A DNA stretch of 64,000 bases from Takakia lepidozioides (Eukaryota; Plantae; Bryophyta). A program made the translations under genes and the position numbers. The DNA lies in NCBI GenBank assembly GCA_030704615.1, contig CM060731.1:43090001-43154000 (forward strand). The letters run 5' to 3'. Shown one piece after another: positions 49,925-63,860 of the stretch; position 1 is the stretch's first letter, and every line of letters starts with the position of its first letter. A model generated the notes under the pieces. That model was not told the DNA's origin and did not search any database. It saw only the letters and a list, made by a program, of their open reading frames with translations.

Positions 49925-51803
49925 TGTCTCTCCTGCCGTCAGCAGCACTCCTCGTGCTTCTGAGCTCGCGGGGTGAGAGTTATGGCATCTGCATTTTGCT
50001 GCTACCTTGTGTGCTTTCGTATCCATGCTGGACGAGCTCCTGGGGATGCGCAATGGCGGCGTTTTGTCTCTTCTCATAGGCGGGAGACAATGCTGTGAAT
50101 GCATCGTCTCTTTCCTTCCTTTGGCTTTTATGTTTCGCGGCAGCGCTCGTGTTGGGAAGTATCTCTCTCTCCCTTCTTAAACCTAGTAAGGATACTTATA
50201 TGCTTCACTTCTCCTTAACTGTGCTGGAGGTGGCTTGCTGGTGGCGATGGCGCACAATTATCTTCCCTCATCGCACAAGGTGCTTTTGGTGATTAGGGTT
50301 CCTTTTGCTTTATGTCTTTCTCTCTTGTTTTTGAGGTTCTTAGTTGACATCGATGACAAGTGTGGGGGTCTGTAATTCACCTGGGGTTCCACAATCCTCA
50401 CTAACCTGTTGGTTTTTGTGGGGGCTTGTGATGGGACCAGGTGAGGGTCCCTACTTGCTTTGAATTCTCTTGAGCTTGCAGATACGGATGTGGGCAACGG
50501 GAACCTAGTGTGTATGGCGTCTTTACTTGGTTGCTGCCTGCAGCCCCGATTTCGGCCCGCCCGCTCCTGGTTTGGCATGCTGATGCTTATTTTACCTTGT
50601 CTTGAATCTTTGACAGCATTGCCTGTGGATTATTAAGCTAGGTACTGTTCTGGCCTTAAAGAGGAGTTATGGTTTATGGGTAAGGCATCAAAGGCTGTTT
50701 GGTTCCAAGGAAGATGAGGCCCTGTTTTTAAAGATGGCAGCCTGATAAGGCAATAACAGGCCTCTTTCAGGCCTGGATTTGGTGTGGAATGGATCAGCAT
50801 AGTGAGATTTTATTTGCAAAACCTGGCATGAACCTCTTGGAAAACAGTGTTGGTGCTCCGAAGAGATGCTCTAGTAGCCCAGTTCATAACAACCAAATTT
50901 GTGAGATAATCTTCTGATCAAAGCGAGCAGACCAATCAACTCACCCCAAAAGGTTGCTAACTGGATAGTCAGGATCACTAGCCTTTGAATCTCGTAGTGG
51001 TTCTTCTCTACACAGTTCCGAGGAGTTGTAGCACTTTCAAAAGCTCAGTTCACCCTCTAGCTACACATGGCGACATGACATGCAGGCAACTACGCTAACT
51101 TGTCTATCATATATCAAAATTCCTGCAGAGGTGCGAGCTTAATATCGTAACTACCAAGCACTTGCATGGTAGTTGCATGTCCTCACCATGAAGGTCATGT
51201 TGTAGGTGGACGTGGGACGGGGTTGGGGTTTTGGCCGCCCGTTCGATCCTCAACTGTGCTCGTGATTAACACATATGTCTACAGAGACGTCAGGCTACTT
51301 ATATCCTCGGATAGTGGGTGATGCAAACTGAGTAAATGCTTAGTTGCAGTGGTGGGAATCAAAGCCCCAATTTTACGCGCGGATGCCTTCGTAACGCTAG
51401 GATGACTTGCAGGGGAGGCACCTATTGCCGCGAAATTCGGTGGAACGGCGTTTTTCTCCTTTGTTTCTCTCCCTTTTGCTCTCTCTCATCACAGTTTCTG
51501 AGACGGGTTTTCAGCCAACAAAAGTTCTGTGAAGAAGATGCATTCACAACCGCATGGAGTGTTCGCTTAAGGGAAAGTGGCAAGCTTTATTGAAGTGGAC
51601 CAAATGGCAATGTCGACCTCGGTGATAGCTAAACAAGTGGCCTACAAAGTTTCAGTGTCAGTTGCAATGTAGTAACAATCACTGGCTGATCTAGTTTGTG
51701 CATCCAGATTGCGTGGAACTTGGATTGACTGTTTCTAGACTGACTATCTAGGCCCTGCCCATCGGATAATCCTATTATGGGGGAACGTTATCTGCCTGCG
51801 CCG

Positions 51804-53520
51804 TCAATGTAGGGAGGCAAGCCTTTGCATCAAGGCGTCAAATGCAGGCTGGCGATCCACCATGCTCACCCTGCAATACTATGCGGAGACACCAAAAGCT
51901 TCTCCACCTCGCGTAAGAATGCCTGCTCGGAGGAGGGCCTTCCGGCAGTCTTCCTCCTCCTCGCTCTTCAGCCATAGAAATGCTGCCAGAACACATCACA
52001 GCACGGTGTAAGAGTTACTCATTTCTTATAGAAATCATGCAGTTTAAAACAGAACAGTTTCACTCTCAGTGTTCCAAGTACCTGGATTGCTGGAGAACGT
52101 GGTCCCCATGAAGGTACAGTAGGCAGGCGAGGAGAAGTCAGGGATAGTAAATTTTGCGTTGCCATGTAATGCAGATCGAATTGCCGTCCAACGAGCCTCC
52201 ATCACCTCCCTGCCAAAATGGAAAAAAAGATTTTCCTTGGCTGAAGAAGATGAGTCTCCGCTGTCCCAGGTGAGGTTCTCGTAAGGAGGCCCGCTTAAGC
52301 CCGACTGCTGGTAACCACTCAGAATTGCTCGAATCATTGTAGTCGCACAAATCTAAGAGTCTTGAGATACACCAAGTGTATTCACCTCAACAAACCTGGC
52401 CATCTTCTTAGACACCTGAGGGGATTGCACAAGAGCCCACCTACAAAACGAACAACCTGTCTCAGAGATGTTGTCCATGCAGGAGCATACCAAGGTAACA
52501 GCTTGTAAAACAAATGTTGTGCAGGACTTCCTACATCCGATCTAGGCATGTCTAGACTTGTGTAAGCAGACTAGAATCAAACAACATTTGTCTCAAGATG
52601 CTCAGACTGTAAGTGAATTGCTTAGAGGTCATACCCAATGCGCGATCCAGCATGTCCTGTGCACTTGGAAAGTGTGAAAAGCATTACGTCGTGATCTTTT
52701 GCACCCGTGATTGGTGTGTACGTAGGCCAGTAATAAGCCAGGTCATGAATCACTGACCCGCCAGAAGCTGTCACCTTCAAAGCTTCGCGTATTGTTCCAT
52801 CAGGATTGTTGGGAGACGTAACCACCTCAATGTACGCATCATCCTCTGACTTCTGCGAGAAGGTTCTTGCGTCGCCGCCCCACTTAAAGAGACCAGACCT
52901 CAAAAAATCGACCTGTGCCGGATACGCCTGCTTGATGGGTCGATCAACAACACATGAAAAATACACTTAGATCATCTGCATTGACAAGATAGAGCCACTG
53001 TTCTACAGATCCTTTTACTCCATGACTGGTAGTACAATACGCGTGAAGTCTGAACGAAATTTTTGAGAGACAATGCCTGAGCCTCACGAAGCAGGAAACT
53101 TGATAACAGATCTTTAATCACTGGCTGCAGTTGAAGGTGAGAGGCCAGCATTTCAGGTACACTCATATAATACAATATATTGATGAGTTTAAAACGAATC
53201 GTACGGAGTGATATGGAGCAGCAGCAATCACTGGTGTTGGAAACGTTTCTTCCGGATTTGACAAAGCGTAAATTGCAGCTAGGAAAAGGTGGGTCGATCC
53301 CGTCCCGACAATAAGAATTTTATCTTTCACAATGGCGTTGCCAACAAGATTATGCAAATCCCTAATTGCATCGTCAAGATCTGCATGGACAAACCAGATG
53401 CCTGCATTGTTGTATCCCTTGTTCTCCGCAAAGTAGCTCATGCGATCACTGGCTCGGGTCAGACGCTCCTGGTCGACTCCTACATAATCCCAGTAGGACT
53501 TGAACATAGTGGGATCCCCA
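51804..53520 (-). pseudogene. TAR: Tryptophan aminotransferase-related / alliinase-family (TAA1/TAR-like)
   Basis: Exons 53205-53520, 52635-52927, 52082-52440, 51804-51982; [25 protein letters not shown] lysine [14 protein letters not shown]. Premature TAGs at 52353-55 and 51879-81. Confidence 0.9.
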
Positions 53521-54321
53521 CTGGAATATAAACATGCGATCATTGTCAGTCTTATTTAAAAATCTAAAATTGAGCAAAGCGCCACTGTAGTTCAGAAGCA
53601 AGCTGCAAACCGAAATAGTGCAATACATGTAAATTAGCAAGCTAGTGCCACAATACGTTCCAAATTACAGTTGGAGATATTACGAAGACATCATCGTGCA
53701 GTTTCCTGCAAACACACGTAGAGATTTTGTAGATGGAAAAATTAAAGGAGTACACAGGCTGTTTACAGCCATGCACTTGCAGAGAAGTCTACGGGTCCTG
53801 ATGCCGAGTCAGATCTGCATACGTCCCAAGTCTACCACTTTAGCTATGAAGTATTGACAAACCAAACTCAACCAGTATGATAGATCGACTGTTATTTTGT
53901 TTAGTAGGTGGATTGAGATCAATGAACCATGCTTCGAGCTTACCATCTGTGTTTTTCTTCTACTGTTCCCCCCCCCCCTCTCTCTCCCCCACTGTTTTCC
54001 TTTTTCCTCATGTGTTAAAATAGCAGATCCAGCAGTACTTCTGAGATCCTGATAGCCAGCACTTAAAATCATTTATGAATCCCCTGTCCCAGGTGTAAAA
54101 ATCCCACAGGTCGCAAAAAACAGAACAGTAAATATACCTCTTCACCCCACCAAACGGAACAGAACTATAGCTTCATCCATGCACCTGTTGGGTGTCTGTA
54201 GGACATAATAAGGTGACCAGTTCTCACTTTCTTGCACTCTTCAACTTTCCAACCAAAAACTTTGTTGACAAAGGAAAGTGCTTTGAACTCCACAATGACA
54301 CACAATCTGAATGCACAGACT

Positions 54322-56896
54322 CTAATGAGGCAGCACATTAGGAGCAGGCGGAAGAAGGTTCAACTGTAAAGCCATCTCATAAATGGCAATGGCAGCCAAA
54401 GCCTTGGAGTCAGGTGTGGAGCGCCAAAGGGTGTGGTAAGGTACTATGTGCACCTTGATCAGCTCTCCATGCTCCTGCAGGCCTGTCTGTTGTCCTTGTA
54501 ATGATTCTATCACCTGCCAAAATATGTTCAATCTAAGGGGTCATCACACTACATTGCTACTTTAAAATATTGTTTCAGCAGCATATAAGTACTTAGTTCT
54601 GCCTGTTCGCATCAACCACTGATTTTTACACCAACAAGCTGGAGAAATGAGTCCATAACATGCAAACAAACAGTTATGGCAATGTGACAATTCATTGCAG
54701 AACAAAAAAAGACCATTCAACATAGACTCTAATACTTCAATGAGAACATCCAAAAGAAACTTAATAGAGTGAATGGGAAGTGCTGAATGCTTAGGACGAG
54801 GCGCCATTCTCTCTCAACTCAGGCAGCTGGTCAGTGGTTTACTACCAAAATGGGCTGTATCCTTCAGTAGTGAAATTAAGATCTCCTCTTTGGCTGCAAA
54901 TCTGTGAGTGATGATTCATTGGATCATCATTCCTTTATTCTCTGATGCTGGCATCATACATTCCATGACCCACTAGTAATCAGGGAATATGCAACTGAAA
55001 AATCCAGTACTCTTGATCATACAACCTGCATAGAGGGTACTAATACCGACTGAAAAGTAACCTGCAAGGAAGGCTTTGTTGATTAAGGAGGCCCAGAGGG
55101 CTCATAGCACAGTGGTGAACTCTTTAGCCAAATTGTGGCATTGAGCACAAATTGAGCACACACAAAGTAGGATTCTGCAAATTGTGACTCACCTTTTGGT
55201 CAACCTGACTGCGATACAAAAGCAATGAAAGATCTTCATCACTTCCACCCTGTTTGATACACAAAACCACGAAGTCAAAACAATATACAGCTGTGACATG
55301 GATCTAGACAAAACAAGAAAGGTCAGCACGCCATACAACACAAACACTAACTTTCTCTCTTTTTCATTTTGTCAGCCAGCCACTTCCACTTGTCAGCCCA
55401 ATACCAAGCTGAGCGTTAACATATAGGAGATTGAAGAACCCTTGCCACCTGCCAAATAATGGCTTGGCCGTACCAAGAAAAGGTTGACGCCTGCCACAGC
55501 GAGCATAGTCTCTTCACCCGAAGGACTACTGCCTTCAGTTTGGAAGGTGCACACCTTCTAAGGGCCGTGACCGGCAGTTGCCCAAAATTCCCCCAAGGAC
55601 TCGAACGACCCCAGATACCCACACATTAGGTATCCTTTTATAGCTGGGTTGGCTATAATGGGTGACAACCAACAGCTTTGAACTAAAGATCGCTCGTTCG
55701 ACGATCTTGTACCATTGGCCAGAGCATACTGAGAGCAGAGAGAGTTGAACACACGAAGCCATATCAAAGAGGATAGAAGATACCGGTGAGGGGAACATTT
55801 TGCGACCAGTTGACTCGTCCAACAGAGCTGTAAGATCAACAAGCTCTGAAGTTTTGATGTGAATGCCCACTTCTTCGTCCACCTACTGAGTCCCAAGTCC
55901 CAACCAAAGTACTTCATCACCCACCTTGCAGACTTTAAATTCTAACCAGTAAGATTCGTGGAAAAGAAGGACAGCAGTCTGTGGGGAGGAAACAAAAGAA
56001 CACCTTACCTCTCGGGCAGCGGTTCCAACAAAGTCCCCGGCATCATCATCCAGCATGCCAGCAGGAAGCTCCAGTCTGGTCCGCCCTACTGGAACCCTTG
56101 CCTGTGCACAGGAGTTGAAAACATTATCATTCAAGTACAACTTTTTGCATTTGTCGACATCATCAAGATTAACATGACACAAAACCCCTCCTGGTGGCCT
56201 TAATTAAAAGATCGCCGCAAGGATCCCAAATTACAGCTCCCATTCTGCCATAGAACCTTATCAGATGGATGAAAATCTTGTTACGGATCTACCACAGCTC
56301 TGATAATCCACCCCATATGCAACATTGTGGTTTACCCTAACCCTAAATGTAAATTGAGCTGAGCAGACCTGTTCAGTGAGAACTGCATACTTCTCGCACT
56401 CACACTCCAAGAGCATCAAAATGCCAACAGCTCCACCCCTTGCAAATACTATGCCTGGCAACTGGTTCCCCACCACAAAATATGAGAGGTGCTAGAATCA
56501 AAAGTTCTGGAAAATTTAATACTACGCGTGATATTAACCAGACTTGTTGTAACTCTAGGGCTACACTAGCAGGGCTGTAGTCAACAATATGCTTCCTAAT
56601 GTGATGTAATCTTGAAACTCAACTTATCCTTTTAAGCATATGTCATTAGCTCTATTGGAGAGTAACTTCAACCTTACTGCTCCTTTAAACCCAACACAAA
56701 TTCCAAGAGGGAGGGACCATGTGCGTGAGGGTTCCTCCAAGTCAATGTTCACAGGGAACAGTCCACAGGAATTCTGTATACTCGTATATTCTACATCACC
56801 ATAATCCAAAGAGATTACCTTAGCACCTGTCTCATCATCCACCACCTCAGCTTTGAACTTAACAAAGCCCACGCACTGCCCGAACATGTCTACACT
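54322..56896 (-). CDS. NUDT14: Nudix hydrolase 14-like ADP-sugar pyrophosphatase (six 3' exons; 5' exons not found)
   Basis: Exons 56819-56896, 56369-56461, 56009-56101, 55784-55882, 55193-55249, 54322-54513, all GT-AG and in frame; Nudix box GMLDDDAGDFVGTAAREVDEEVG. Confidence 0.88.
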
Positions 56897-57777
56897 CTGC
56901 TCCTCAAACATCACACCACAAAGCCCTTCATAGAGTCAAATCCCTTGAGTACTTGAAGGGTCCAAGGATTCAAAGCACTCCTTGATATAATCTGCAAGGC
57001 AAAAATAGTCTGGGCCCCCATGGAAGGCTTCCTGCATGTTTAACTAGAGAGCACATTGCCAGAGTGGACGCGATGCTCTCTAGGGTGATGTTAATGTCTC
57101 GAGTCAATACTTCATTAACAATGTAACTACATTGCCATTGGCTACACATGCACCACAAACCATATCACAGGGAATAAACTTCTCACAAGGCCCACACCCT
57201 TAAGGAAAGATTTCAGCCACAGGGAACAATCAACCATTAATCTGTCTGCATGTAGCTATCGAGATCGGATACAACATCATCAAAACCCAAGGAGCAGGCT
57301 ACGATACAGGGAACAAATGTAGCATAATCACCGTACCCTTCAGATACATGCTGCAAGCCAACCAGGTTGTGGACATGGTGGTAATCTGAAAAGTGGAAAC
57401 CATGCGCATACCTGGATGAGGACTCGGCGAAGAGAGCACCGGGCTCCCCCTGCGGCACACAGGGATGCCGCCTTTTCTGCATATTCATCATCACGGGATC
57501 TGCTGCTATCAGGTCATGATCCATTTGCTGGATCGTGGCATTGCCTTTCTGCAAATTCAACGCAGTATGATAGCACCCCGCAGAGAGTATCTCGACATCT
57601 GCCCGAGCATCTCGGCCTGTATTATCTACATAATCCGTCGCTCCTCGTAACACATAGGCAGATCCAGGGTTTCAATCCAGTTTCACAAAAGACGCTGAAA
57701 CATCCCCTGTCCCAGATAATCTTTCCTGGAGTCATTTTGATAAGATTCTCACTGTACCAGAATGGTACAAGAGTCCC

Positions 57778-58277
57778 NNNNNNNNNNNNNNNNNNNNNNN
57801 NNNNNNNNNNNNNNNNNNNNNNNNNNNNNNNNNNNNNNNNNNNNNNNNNNNNNNNNNNNNNNNNNNNNNNNNNNNNNNNNNNNNNNNNNNNNNNNNNNNN
57901 NNNNNNNNNNNNNNNNNNNNNNNNNNNNNNNNNNNNNNNNNNNNNNNNNNNNNNNNNNNNNNNNNNNNNNNNNNNNNNNNNNNNNNNNNNNNNNNNNNNN
58001 NNNNNNNNNNNNNNNNNNNNNNNNNNNNNNNNNNNNNNNNNNNNNNNNNNNNNNNNNNNNNNNNNNNNNNNNNNNNNNNNNNNNNNNNNNNNNNNNNNNN
58101 NNNNNNNNNNNNNNNNNNNNNNNNNNNNNNNNNNNNNNNNNNNNNNNNNNNNNNNNNNNNNNNNNNNNNNNNNNNNNNNNNNNNNNNNNNNNNNNNNNNN
58201 NNNNNNNNNNNNNNNNNNNNNNNNNNNNNNNNNNNNNNNNNNNNNNNNNNNNNNNNNNNNNNNNNNNNNNNNNNNNN
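57778..58277. other. Assembly gap (500 N)
   Basis: Run of exactly 500 N. Confidence 1.
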
Positions 58278-61200
58278 TGCCACTGCAGACGACGATGGGT
58301 ATGCAGTTGTTCATGAGGATGAGCTGGTTACAGTGTTCCCGCTGGAGTTGGGTTCTCTGTTTGTTCAGAAAGAGGTGTATGACGAGGATGGGAATTTGGA
58401 TTCTGGGCACTTGGAGAAACCCTTGGTTGGCGAGTGTGGAAGGAAGTGGAGAGTCCTTCCAGGAACATACCGTGTCCTTGGAAAAGAGAGAAGACAATCA
58501 GCAGGATCAGTCGTTACCCCTGGCACTGCAGCATCGGTCGTGCAACAGAAGGGCACAGTTCCTGTGAAACAAGAGGTGAGCACATCCACTACCTTCGTTA
58601 CTCTTTCGGACTCGTCCTCGGAGGATGTTTCTGAGATTCCTCCGCCAGTGCAAACTCCCTTATTGGATGATGACGAATTGCGCGCGAGATAACAAGTGTC
58701 ATTCCAAAATTGAAAGCCCTCGCAGGTGTGCCTGGGTGCAAGAGCGAGCTACGTTTTGTTGATTGGGAGTCCCTTCCAGTGCAACGTGTTCAATACGTGC
58801 CAGCTCAGTTTGATGGGGACATCTTGTTTGAGCTCAACCCTCCCACGTCTTCCAGTGGACTGGCTGGGCTTCTGCAGGGCATGGACAAGAAACATGACGG
58901 ACATCCTTGGTGCAGGACAAAAACTTCGAACATCCATAACGACATTGGCTTGAAATTTCGGAGGTCGGTTTGCGTTGGGCATTGCAAGTGCCTGAATATT
59001 TCTTGCCCTCGGCTGAGAAACAGCGCTCAGCCAAACGAAAGTGAGTGGGAAGGTGTGCCCCTGAATCCTTTCACCCCAGGGCTTGCACCTCCCAATACCA
59101 ATACTTTTGTGTGCAGGTTCTGCAAACTTTCCCCGTCCTGTGTTTCTGTTTGCCACGCTCGTATGTATCAGGTGGCACATCGATGCAAGACAATGACTCG
59201 TGCCTGCATTCATATGGGTGCACACGAGCATCCTGTGTCCAAAGGGAGTTGCAGGGATAGCGTGGACATCGCTAGAAATCTACTGAAGCAAGAGTTCCAT
59301 AATGCCCCTTCTGCAACACCTTCTGCTATAGCGCTTGCAGCTAGCAAGGCATTCCTGGAAAAACACATACTGGGTGAAGGGGATTCGACACAGCCAATGC
59401 TGGATGCAGATTCCCTTGAGGCAGTCATGGACCATTTCTCCGTGTTGAGCTCTCCCAATATTCGAAACCAGGTGAATGCACTCAGAATGGGCACAGGCAC
59501 TGCTGGATTCATGGACAACATTATGGACCTCAAACGGAGGAGTCGCTATGAATTCATTCAAAACAGTATGTTCCCTGGCCAGGGCTCGTCCAAAGTGTAT
59601 TTGTTCAAGATGTCCGCTGTGGGCCAAGGCAGTGGTGTGAGCATTGTCCGCCGAATGCAACCTGGAGGAGATTTGGCTAAATGTTGGTTAATGTTTGATC
59701 ACTGCAAACGGGTGAAGGGTTGGACAACCATGGCGTGCCATGTGTATGATCCAGCGTACCAGCGTGTGCTCTCCATAGCAATTTGTGATATGCAGTCGGA
59801 GGACACTGAATCCCAGATGCTCATGTGGAAGTCCCTCCTGACCGTCATGCAGCGCAATGGAATACAGAACACAAACTTTGCGGGCTTCATGGCTGATAGT
59901 GCACAGGCAAATTTCAATGCAGTGCGGCGCGTGTTTGGTTCTGGGGATCCTAAGGTCCCCATGGAAAATAGGGAGCGCACATGCCTCTTCCATTGGAGTC
60001 AATCTCTGGCACGTCATACAAAGCGCTGCATTCGCCCTGACCTTCAGTTGGAGCATAGAAGGCTCTGTCTGAAGTACAAGAATGCCACCTCAATGGGAGA
60101 AGCAGAGAGCACTTACCAGGCAATCCGGGCTTGGTGGTTCTCCGCTGGTGCTGCTACAGGTATCCACCTGAAGGAGTTGGAGGACTGGTTGGTTTTCTGG
60201 CACTTCAGGTACAGACAGTGGGGAGCTTTCATGACGACGGTAAGCCTCACAAGTTTTCCTTAAACACAAATTGCACTTTGCATCGTGCCTGTTCATTTGG
60301 GGTTGTTCGATTGTCACTTGAATAACCTCTACCATTTCTTTTCCTTCCTCACATTTCCATGCAATGCCTCCTGCAGGACATGTCCTTGGAGGACTTGGCC
60401 GACATGCCATCGTGTAATTTGGCAGAGACTGTTCACAACGCCTGGATGCAACAGTCTACCAAAGCAGGTCGTGACTTGTATGTGGCCACTGCTGATGACA
60501 TGGTGCGGGCACTTACACAACAAACCAGGTACCGCAATTTTATGATGGGACGGGGTGGAGGGAAGGGCCCCGATTCGACTTTGTTGATGCTAAGGGCTGC
60601 GAGTAGGTCCGGAGACCCGTCAAAGATGGCCAGAGCTCTAAACAGGTGCACTGAAGGTTCCCCTCTGCAATCCAGGCTCCCCCATTTGGAAGGCGAGGAA
60701 AGATTTGGATCATGCAAAAGGAAATTAAACACTCTTCCAGGGTCAGATGGAGATTCCCATAGGCCAGACAGGGTCAATTTCTCTGTGCCAAAGGTGTCTC
60801 CAGTGCAGACTAAGTCCTGTGCCGGCCCCTTCCCAGGTGGGTCCTCCTCCTGTGGAGCAGGTGCGGAACATGCAAGCATAGCAGCGGAAATCCCATTGGA
60901 GGAGGTGGTGGCCATGGTGCAGGAATCTGATTGCATTGATAGTGACTGGCATATAGAACGCACCCCACCAGGATCTAGAGTGGCTTGCATGGCAATTCGG
61001 ACCCCCTCTTTCAAGAAATGCAAATCAAAAATATGCAAAGGCTCCAGGGGGACTCCAGCTCCAACATTCACAGGGTTGTTCCGACCTTATCATAGTGGGG
61101 AGTCAAAAGAGCACAAGTTTTGGTTCTGCCCAGACAATATGGCACGATGCGTGAAGGGAACAGTTCGTCCTTCCGTGATAATGAAGCCCCTCCCCCGCAA

Positions 61201-61787
61201 TTTGGCCTGTGCAAATTGGGACATCGCTGTCCTCAACCGAGATAAGCATGCTGGAGGAGGGAGGGTTTTGTCTTGCACGGTCCCGGGTGGTGCCCTTATG
61301 CACTGTCGGCACAGATGTGCCACATGCTCCGACAATGCCTCCACCCGGTGCCAACTCCCACCCAACAAAAAGAGATGGAAAAACAGTGCGCCGTGTTGCT
61401 TCGGGTGCAGATCACGAATGCAAGATGGAATCGGCTAGAATTTTGCAGGCTACGGTGGCTCGTATCACCGAAGTCCCTTCCCCGGGGTATGGACGGATTT
61501 ACACAGTGCTGTCAATTGGCTCAGTTCTTCATGCCAAAGAATATCAAGTTACCATTGGGAATTTCCCATCGTGCACTTGTCCGGATTTTGTAACGATGCG
61601 TGAGGGCGCTCTCGGCATGAGAGGGAAGTGGGTCCCCTGCAAGCATCAATATTACATATACCTTGTAATTATGTGTTGCGACGGTAAGAGAGACCAATTC
61701 ATTCACCAAGCCACACTAGGCTACGGAGAAGTCATCACCCTTCTGCAGCGGGACACCTCGCGTAGAGCTCCGCCAACTTCTCTTTGA
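58278..61787 (+). pseudogene. GCM-like/MULE DDE/SWIM transposase of element C (near intact)
   Basis: HDGHPW..GAHEHP, WLMFDH, FMADS, CLFH, intron 60240-60376, NLAETVH, SWIM SCTCPDF..PCKHQY. Only two frameshifts (~58685 CG run, ~61190 C run); 5' end in the gap. Confidence 0.92.
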
Positions 61788-62199
61788 ACACATACGAGCC
61801 ATGCCCGCTTCCCATGCTGGTTTCCAGGTTGCCGTGTGAAGACTTTTCATTTTATGACAAACATATACATTTCGTTCACTTGTGAGGGCAAATGCACTTG
61901 CGATTCATTGTAAGCGTCTCTCTGTGAATTGAAATAAACTGTGTCAATCATTCTGAGCTCAAATCTGACATGTTTACATATTCCTCTTTTTTGGCACGCA
62001 TTGCAGACATGGTGCATGGTGGCCTCCTTTGTTTTGTCCACGGTAATAGGCCCTCTTCCTGCAATCCTCGCCTATAGGACCTGCTTCTCCAGCAGATTCA
62101 TGCCGCTCACGCTTCCCTGAAGCGTGAGCTCAGCTCACGCTTCAAAGCTTGAACGTGAGCTCAGCTCCCAGGCTCACGGGGCTGGGCTCACGCCGTAGC

Positions 62200-63860
62200 T
62201 ACGCTGCTGTTTGATATAGTCAAGAAATTCATGTCCTTTTGGGTATTTTGACCTCATACGACGGATTCTCCTTGCAACCCACCGAAACGCTCTTTTCTCG
62301 TTGCGTGGTCCCCCTCTACAGTACATGAGGTCTCCCATATCCTTCAACAAGTTTACAGCGGTCACCGGATCCTTCGTTTTCTTGCATGATTGCTTCACCT
62401 ATGCCTTGCGGACATGCCAAAGGCAGAGGAAAATGAGCGGACTTGCCAGGGACGGCCGAGTGGACTTGGCAGCGGACGGCCGACCCCAGGGACTTCTGAG
62501 TGGACTTGGCAGCGGACTTGACAGCGGACCACCAGTGGATTTGCCCAGCGAACTGCCATCGGGTTTCGCCACAGGAGTCTGCCAGTGGACTGTAGCAATG
62601 GACTGCTGCAGTGGACCTCAACAATGGCCGGTGCTGTGGACCAACAGACTTACCAAATAGCGTTGATTTATGCTTTGGCATCGTCCACAATGAAGGCATT
62701 GGGTCGCCAGCTCGGCAAATCTGCGGGGAGTGAATCGCGCAAGGCTCTCATCCACGGAACCAGGTCTCTTGTCCGATTCCTCGCGGATAGGATATATGCA
62801 ACTGGCATACCGTTCAAGCACTCATCGAAGGCCATCAACGTGTACAATGGGAACTGTTCGAATGCACAATGTAAGATGGTCAGAGCATGCAAATTCCGCT
62901 CAGTTCTGCACGAGAAGACTTCATAAGAGTGATGAGGTCTGCAGCGGTTCACAATGGGTCTGCCCCTCGGTCTTCCGCAACGTACACATGAAAACATACA
63001 GAAAGGGTCAGCACACCAAATTTTATGTGAATGTTGCATGGTACTATGCTATCATGCTCGTACAAGTCCATGGAATCGTTCGAATAATACGTTGTCATGA
63101 TTTGTCCCAAAGGTTGCATCACATGCAACGATACGGTCATGTCCTAGTTCCAGCATTCGTCGTTTCTGCCACGGAGTCTGTATGCCAATAGTGAATGTCA
63201 AATCTCCATCAAAATGCTCGAATGTTGGCTCTAATTTCTCCTCTTGATAGAAAAAATGGACGCAGGATTCTGGTCTCTCCACATGCGCACACTCTCTGCA
63301 TCATCGGCGTGCTTTTTGAAGGTTTGTCACGCACGTTTCTCGGCAAGGTTGCGAACATCTTGCTCCAACAAGAAATCATCGCGGGTCCATGCATCGCCCA
63401 AGCCGGTGTTGTTCATCACGTGCTCTTTATGCTCCATCATGATTTGGGCGACCGACAGGCCTCGGCACAAACACTCGACGACCCAGGCTTTCAATTCCTC
63501 GCTAATGTGTGGTGCATAGACGTGGCGGGTGTTCCTGAACTCTGCGGGCTTCCCATGCGAGGGTTTCCCTCTCGCATCTGTATGCTCCATGTTGTTGTTG
63601 TACGTGATGACACAAATGTCAGGGGCGAGATAGCATTGCTGGACCTTGAAACAGCATTGGCAACCACGTTTGTAAGACTCTCCATACTCCGACTTCTTTA
63701 TCTTTGGGCCTTTATGAGGGCAAGATGTTCCAGCACCCACAAGAGGTCCTCCACGCTTCTGTTTTGGATCCTCCACTATTGCCTTGTTGGTGCGCTTGTC
63801 ATCAGGACCGTAGCAGCATTGATACCTGGACAGAAAATTCTAAAATCGATATCCAACGAC
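62200..63860 (-). pseudogene. Classical MULE transposase (spliced, 3'-truncated)
   Basis: KRGCQC.F..H..G..H, ACDATFGTN, FPLYTLMAFD..G.PVAYI, FIVDDA, LCLWHVRKA; stops; an intron carries GTGGACTTGGCAGC repeats. Confidence 0.88.

Noticed and set aside
57416-58567. Long ORFs spanning 57.4-58.6 kb
   Set aside because: Artefacts of translating through 500 N.
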